From Parvularia atlantis (Eukaryota), in the NCBI GenBank assembly GCA_943704415.1, contig CALSCO010001739.1, forward strand, positions 1 through 44,273: a DNA stretch of 44,273 bases, given 5' to 3'. Positions within the stretch are counted from its first letter, which is position 1, and each line of letters starts with the position of its first letter. Under the pieces are notes generated by a model. The model worked only from the letters and a program-made list of their open reading frames with translations, had not been told where the DNA came from and ran no database searches. Below, one piece after another: positions 37,380 through 44,273 of this stretch. A program made the translations under genes and the position numbers.

Positions 37380-38951
37380 TCACAACCCCACCGGCGCGTC
37401 CATGAGCCCCACGACGGTCGCGTCGAGCGCGCGGTGGTATGCTAGCTATGTGTGCGCGCGCGCGCGCGCGTGAGACGTGCAGCCCGCCCGCCCCCTGCGC
37501 GCACCTGCGACAGGAACCCGCCCGCGCGCGCGACGCCGTGCGTCTCGTTGTGCAGTGCCTGGTGCCGGAGCGTCAAGCAGACGCGCACGATCGCGTGAGC
37601 ACGCACCGCGAGCGACGGGTCGAAGAAGCGCGCGAGCGAGCCGTGGTCGGGCCGGTCAAAGTGGCACGTCTCGAGCGGGTCGAAGGGCTGCGCAACGTGC
37701 ATGAGCCGCAGCAGCGCACGGGGCGCACGGGGCGCGACCTCCTGCATCTCGCGCTGGAGCCGCTCGTCCTCAGTGCGCTTGGCGTCAACCGCAGTCGCCA
37801 CCGACACGCCGGGCCCGGCCTTTTGCACTGGCGCGTCGCGGCGCGCGTCACGTCAAGCCCATCGCACGCGGCACACGCAGCGCGCACCGGCCATGCCGTG
37901 CAGCTTGTCCATGTACGACATCGTAAAGCCGGACGTGTCGGCCTGGAGCTCGCCGGGCGCGCCGGATGCGCCGGGCCCGTCGCGCCGCGAGGGCGCCTTG
38001 AGCGTCTTGGTCGTGCGCTGGAGCACGGGCTGGCTCGCGCGGGCCTGCGTGTCGGCGCTGATCAACAACCCTCACGCGCGGCGACGCGCATCGCAGCGGC
38101 GCGCACCAGGTCCTCGATGAACCCGTCGCGCTCCTTGACCCTGTCCTGCTGCTCCTGCTTGATCAGCGCGAGGTCGGCGCGGTCGCGCTCGTCCAGCTCG
38201 CGGCGCTCCTTGTCGAGCAAGTCGGCTGCGGTGGCCGACACGTCAGGCGCCCACGGCGGTAGTGCGCGCGCGCACAGAGTTGCCGCGTCTCGAGCGTGTC
38301 GATCGCGCGGTTGCGCCGGATCAGCTCCTCGTTCTTCTGCCGGAACGCCTCGATGCGCCGGTTGGTCTCGCCCACGTCGACGTTGTTGACGAGGTTGAAG
38401 ACTTGCGCCGTCCGATCGCGTCAGCGACATGTTCGAGCGGCAAAACGGCGACCTCCGCGCACCCATCTCCTCGACCTCCTCCAGGTAGTCGTTGTACTCG
38501 CGCAGCGTCACAAAGTCCTCTTCGCGCTTGTTGTACCTGCGGCGATGCGCGCGTTTGAGCGTGGGGGGGAGGGGCCGGGCACGGGCGCGGGCGCCGCATC
38601 GGGGGCGCACAGCTTGGTCAGGCGCTTGCGCACGCGGACCTCCTTGTCGACCACAAGGTCCTCGAACGTCTGCGCGACGTAGTCGCTGCGGCGCAGCAGC
38701 TCGCCGCAGACGGGGCACGGCGCCGTGCTGGCCGAGAACTTGAGCTTGACGCAGCTCTCGCATCTGTCGGGTCGGGGTCAACATCCGCCTCCGCCGCCGC
38801 ATCGGGCGCGCATCCCGCACAGCTTGTGGCAGCACGGGCTGACGAGCAGGCGCATGTTGGGGCTGAACAGCGTCGAGCCGAGGCAGCTCGGGCACACCTC
38901 CTCGTCCGTGTCGTCGCCAAAGACCGCGCTCACGGCGCTTCGCCCGGCCAT
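37380..38951 (-). CDS. MNAT1: CDK-activating kinase assembly factor MAT1
   Basis: RING CPSC...SPNMRLLVSPCCHKLCESCV...CPVC, QTFEDLVVDKEVRVRKR, LREYNDYLEEVEEMVFNL and a C-terminal AGGFLSQLAYHRAL. Confidence 0.95.
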
Positions 38952-38984
38952 CGTCTGCTTGGATCTGTCACACAACCCCGGCCT

Positions 38985-41900
38985 TCACTTCTCAAAGTCG
39001 AGCCGCTTGCACATGTCGCTCCCGAAGCCCGCGTTGAGCTCTGCGCGCGCGCGAGTCAGGCCGGCCTCTCCGTGCGCCGGTCCGCGCACCACGTAGCGCG
39101 TCGCTCGATGGCGTGTCGGCCGCGGCAGTCGGCGTCGGCGTCGGCGCGATGGGTGCGGCGGCCGCGGGCGTGGGCGCGGGCGTGGAGGCCGCGCTGGCCG
39201 CGGTCCACGACGGGTCGGGTCGGTGCTCGGCGTGCTTCTGGTAGTACGTGTAGCAGACTGCCGCCCGCGCACGCCGGTCAACACCCGGGGCACACGTACT
39301 CACGAGGACGCACGGGCACAGAGCATCTCGTCGCCCTGGCGCGTGCGCAGCGCCGTCAGCGGGCCGTCGGTCGTGCGGCAGTTGTGGCACTCGGACGCCG
39401 ATGCGCCGCCCGTCGGCGGCCGCAGCAGCGTCATCGGCGACGTGCTCGCGGGCGTCGCGTTGGCCGGCGGCGCCATGGTCGATCGAAACACGGCCTGCGG
39501 GTGTCCCGGCGGGGGCGGGGGCGCCGGCCTGCGCAACAGCAGCGTGAGCACATACGTAGCAACACGGCTGCGGCACTTGTACCGCGCGATCGCCTGCGCC
39601 ATCGTCGCCACAGCGGGTGACGGCCGCGGCGCCACAGCCGGCGGCGCACTAGCCAGTGGCCGCTGCTGCGGAACGGGCGGCTGCTTCGGCTGCGGTGGCG
39701 CGATCATCGTGCCCAGGAAGACCGCCTCGGCCGTCTGGATCTGCATAATACGCGTAAGGCACGGCAGCAGCGAACGGCGCACGAGCACCCAGCACCTTAG
39801 GCAGCGCCAGCTCGAGCGCGCGGCGCGACACAAACGTGCCCGGCGGCGACACACGCACCAGCGCCACCAGCCGATCGCGCAGCGTCATTGCTGTGCGCGC
39901 GTTTGTGTCAGCTCGCGTAACCCGCCCCTACCGCGCGCTCACCGAGATGCTTCTCCAGCTGCGACGGCGACTCCAGGCGCGACCTGCACACTGTCAGCGG
40001 CACGCGAACGCGCGGCACGCACCGCACGCACCGCGTCATGCGCTCCTTGTGCAGCACCATCAGATACCACAGCAGGCGCGCGTTTTGGTCGAGGATGCCC
40101 TGCGCCGTGCGCCCCTGCGCGGAGCGGTCATTTGCCGCCCAAGCCACGCGTGCATCCGTGCGTACCGACGGCACCACCACCGTGTCGAGGATGTTGTCCG
40201 GGATAAAGTCCGTGGCCACGTTGGCCTCGGCCAGCACGCTCTTGATCTGCGCGACGGTCACGGGGCCCTCCATTTTCGGCACGGCCGCGCCCGACGCTGC
40301 CGTCGCGCCATCAGCCGCGCGTACGGCCTCCAGCACGCAGCCGCACCGATTCGCTGCTGCAGCTCCCGGAAGTCATGCGTGAGCTCAAACTCGGGCGACG
40401 TCGCGTACTCCATCACCACGGACGGCTTCTGCACGGGCGGCGGTCAGCAACGGGCGGGCGTGCATGGCAAGGCAGCGCACCAGCGCGTCGTCCTTCAGCT
40501 CCACCTGCGGCTCCTTCTCGCCGCGCTGCCGCGCTGCCACGATCTGCTCCTCGGCGGCCTTGAGCGCCGAGTGCATACCACCCGTGAGCGTATTGAGGAT
40601 CCTGCCCATCAGTGCCAGCGCCAGCGCCAGCATTAGTCAGCCGCTCACACACAGCAGCAGCTCGCACGCACCTCTGCGCGTACTCGACCGCGGCCGGGCC
40701 CGCGCCGCGCGCAAAGCTCTCGAGGCTCTGCGCGTAGCTGACGCCCTCCTACGCGCGCGCGAGCGTGCCGGCGTGAGCACGCTTGCGCTCGCAACCTGAG
40801 CGCCCACGCACCAGGTCCGCATACGTCAGCGCGAGCAGGTCTGACTCAGCCGGCGTGCAGCTCGCGTCCCGCCCGTCGACGTTGGGCCCAAACACGGCAA
40901 ACGGCCCGTAGTCGACGTAGTTAACTGCCGGCGCACACATGAGCATGGCGGAACGACAGCGCCACGTAGCCATGGGCAGTGCACCGGGGATCTTCGGGTT
41001 CCCTGCCGACGTGACCAGGCGGCCGTCCATGTCCCGCGCGGTCTCGGGCCCGAACGAGCCAAACAGCTGCCCGAGCGTCGGCACTAGGCGCTGCGGGAAC
41101 GACGGCGTCGGCATGACGGTCACCTCGCGCAGGCCGGACGCTGCCGCGCGCGCATAGTGCGCTCAGCCACAGCCGCAGGCGCAAGGCAGGCACGAGGCGC
41201 GCGCACCCGTCAGCGAGCCGTCCGAGTGCATCGACCGCAGCCGCTTGGCCGACGAGAAGATGTACGTGCCCTCCATCGTCTTGCGGTACAGGGCCCGCTG
41301 CACGTGCGCGTGTTAGGGAGGTCAAGGGACTGCCGCACGGCACGCGCCTTCCGCGGCAGGCCCGAGGGCGTCGTCAGCGGCACGGCGAGGCGCGAGGTGT
41401 ACCGCTGCCGCATCGACACTGGGGCGCACGCACGACGCCCTGTCAGCCTCGCGCGACCGCAGCCACAGCGGCGGGCACGCACGCAGCGACGAGCTGCCCC
41501 CAATCGGCTGCGACTCCTCCTCCTCGGCGAGCGTCTGCGCGCGCGCCAGTGAGCACGCCGAACGACATCGCCAGCGCCTCGCACTCGCACCACGTCGATG
41601 TCCTCGCCATCGTCCATCGGCACCGGCGCACCCGCGGCCGGCGTGACGGCGGGTGTGCCGGCCTGCATCGGCGTGCCGCTGGGCGCGCTGCTGGCCGCCT
41701 CGAGCAGCTTCTCTGCGCACGTGCGCGGCCGTTAAAACACGCACGCGCGAACTGGCGGGCACACACGCAGACGCGGGCGGTCGCGCGCGATGATGCGCTT
41801 GGCGTCCTTCTGCACCTTGTCGGCCTGCTTGTAGTACACCGTCGTGACGTTGTTGTACTTCTTGGCGTTGTTGCAGATGAGGTCGACGTCGGCCTGGCCG

Positions 41901-42267
41901 ACGTCTCAGCACCCACAGCGAGCACAGGCGTCGACGGCGGCGCACCTCAAAGTCCTCCACGCTCGCGTACTCGCCCTGCTGCACCCTGGCCGCCATCGTG
42001 CCAAAGTCCATCGGGTGCGCGATCACCGTATGGTAGTCGGGCACCTCCTCGGCGTTGACGGGCCTCGCAAACAGCTCATACTCGTCCTTGCTGCGTGTGC
42101 GCGCACGCACGTGTATGCACACGTGAGCACGCCATCCGCCACCCGCTCACAGCAACGCACAGCCGGATCGCCGCCAGCGTCTTGCGCAGCCCGTCGGCCA
42201 GCGCCTGGTGCGCCGAGCCGCCGCTGCTCAGCCGCACGGCCGTCTTGGACTTACGCCCACCCGCCAT
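38985..42267 (-). CDS. BRD7/BRD9-like bromodomain protein (bromodomain + DUF3512 region) with an extra C-terminal GATA-like zinc finger
   Basis: Bromodomain FARPVNAEEVPDYHTVIAHPMDFGTM...ICNNAKKYN; DUF3512-like YVDYGPFAVFGP...ESDLLALTY...YAQSLESFA...ILNTLTGGMH; then CHNC-x19-CALC YTYYQKH. Exons join in frame through to TGA at 38985-38987. Confidence 0.85.
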
Positions 42268-42332
42268 TTGCCGCTTCTAGTAACTACTGATGCACAACGG
42301 CGTGTCGCTGGCAATATGTACGGGGTAGCGCT

Positions 42333-44273
42333 TTAAACCTCGACGGCCGCGCCGCGGCTGCTTGTCGGCCCGGCGCCAGCGCCACCCGCCCACAGGGCGA
42401 GCTTCTCGAGCACGCGGCTGCGCGTGAACGGCTTGCTGAGCACTGTGTGTGCGCGGCGATTGGAGCGTGAGCATGGGCGCGCAGCACGCCGTCAACGTAC
42501 CGTCGTCGTAGACGTCCGCCAGCAGGAAGTTCTTCTCGAGTGCCATCGCGATGATCGGCACAAACTGGTTCGGTCCCTGCCGCGCACGCGCACGCATGCA
42601 TGTCAGACCGCCTGCTGCTGGCACGGCCCAGCCACCGCCACCTCGACGGAGCGGATCAGACGTGCGGCCGAGTTGACGCCCTTCTGGTTGGTCGAGACGT
42701 CCATGAACATGAGCGCGAACGGCGCGGCCGTGATTGCCTGGACGACGTTGCTGGCGTCGCGCGCGATTGTCACTTGGCACTGCGCCCTATGCACGTGCGC
42801 AAAGCCGTCGTGAGGTCGGGCGAGCGCCGCAAGCACGCCACGCGCGCGCACTCGACAAGGATCTTCTGCAGCACGCGCGACGAGACCGGGTTGCTCTCGA
42901 CCACGAGCACGCGCTTCTTCGCCGGCATGCCCGCGAGCGCCTCGCTCGACCGCGCCAGTGGTGCGCTGCTGCAGTGGGCGCGCATATCAGCATGCACACG
43001 CGCCAAGGCGAGCCGACGCACGGCTTCGACGTCGCCGATGACGACGACGACGACGCATCCGTTGGCCGCCGCATCGGCCGCCGCGCAGACGGCAGCGAGT
43101 GGTGGCGCGACCGGCGCTTGGGCGGCGACGGCACAGGTGTCTTGACCGCGCTCCCACCCGCACTGGCACTCGCACTCGCGCTGGCACTCGCACTCGCGCT
43201 CATGGCCGCGGCCAGGCTCGGCGGCACGCTCGTCGGCGGCACGCCCGGCAGCAGCGGCCCGGCCGACTCGGACAGCCTGCGCCGTCACCGCACGATCAGC
43301 GCCGTCCGAACACGCCAGGGAGGCCACGCACCTCCGCGCCACGGCCCGGTTGGCCTGCTGAAGCAGCGGCACGTTCTTGTACGCAAAGTCACCAAACTCT
43401 GCGTGGCGGAGCACCGCACCGGTCAGCGCGTACTGCGTGGACACTGAAGCACCGCACCAGAGTCGCGCGACGGCATGTCGAGCGCCGCGATCGAACTCGA
43501 CTTGAGGATGCGCCCGGCCTTGACCGCCGCGGCCTCGCCCACCGACAGCTGCACCCGGTCCGAGAAGCGCGAGACCGCCACGACCGGCGGCGACGCCGAG
43601 CCGGCCGAGTGGCTGCGGCCGATTTGCTCGTCGCTCGGCTTGCTGTCGGTCCCGCTCGTCTGCGCCGCACCGTCAGCACGGCTGCGAAGCGCACCGCGCA
43701 CAGGCAGCGCACGTAGTCGAGCGACGAGCCGTGGCTGTCGTTGGACGACTGGTACAGCTCGGCCGAGCCGCTGATCGAGTGCGCCCTGCACGCGCCCCGC
43801 AGTCAGCAGGCACAGCGTCCAGCTTCCCAGCGGCGAACCCAGACGATGACGTCGGCGGCGACGAGATGCTGCGATCGCATGCGCGCGCGTCAGACGCAAC
43901 AAACTTGTGCTGCGCTCCAGCACGCACCCGGATGTGCGGCCCGGGGGCGGCGTGGGCGAGTCGGACGCCGACCTGTGTGCGTGTGGGCGATCGTCAGACG
44001 CCACGCCGACGCACCAGCAGCCGCACGTGCCGTGAGTGCACCACGCGCGTGTCGTACAGCTCCTTCTCCATCTGCATCGACGTCACGCCGCGCCCGTCAA
44101 AGTACTCCTGCAGCCGCAGGCGCACGTGAGCAGGCGCCGCCGCCAGCGCACCGCCAGCACACACCGTGTCCTCGTCGCCAGCGACCTTGGGGATGAACAC
44201 GGGCGTCGTCTTGATCAGGTTGCCCCAGTCGATGTCGCTGAAGAACGCGTGCCTCTTGACCTGCACCCCCCCC
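42333..44273 (-). CDS. Rim15/Greatwall-type AGC kinase, 3' part, with a C-terminal response-regulator receiver domain (5' part outside the window)
   Basis: VKRHAFFSDIDW...PVFIPKVAGDEDTEYFDGRG, FGDFAYKNVPLLQQAN, and a REC domain RVLVVESNPVSSRVLQKIL...FALMFMD...VPIIAM...VLSKPF. Confidence 0.85.

Noticed and set aside
38040..38107. Apparent non-AG acceptor in MNAT1
   Set aside because: A canonical CAG (acacgcag|GCC CGC) slightly downstream restores the frame.
38985..40633. Separate gene downstream of the bromodomain gene
   Set aside because: Exons splice in frame, and YAQRILNTLTGGMH continues the BRD7/9 conserved region.

Overview
A very GC-rich, extremely compact, intron-dense eukaryotic window. 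It most likely comes from a unicellular opisthokont, probably a holozoan: it combines animal-type genes (MRL/RIAM, POMGNT2, CYBC1, FABP, S6K) with genes of fungal or ancestral type (Rim15 with a receiver domain, SCT1-type GPAT, UBL-WLM protease). I hand-spliced about 24 protein-coding loci: ATG16L, cytosolic TrpRS, RIMOC1, CYBC1/EROS, FABP, PP2A-C, MRL, an MBL-fold hydrolase, UBL-WLM, HGD, RIB7-like reductase, RFX, GPAT, MATE, NPP, S6K, POMGNT2+WSC, a small PY-motif ORF, MNAT1, BRD7/9+GATA-like finger, a partial Rim15 kinase, and three intronless type II membrane genes (two recognisably glycosyltransferase-like). Introns are mostly about 45-80 nt with GTGCGY donors and CTGAC/CTCAC branch points. 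The most unusual observations are: (1) two divergent start codons only 9 bp apart, and same-strand gene runs with 33-76 bp spacers; (2) at least 13 GC-AG introns; (3) unusual domain architectures; (4) a repeat/LTR-like block followed by a decayed paralog fragment next to a frameshifted glycosyltransferase gene. All homology calls come from my recollection of family motifs, not from database searches, and exon boundaries were read by eye.
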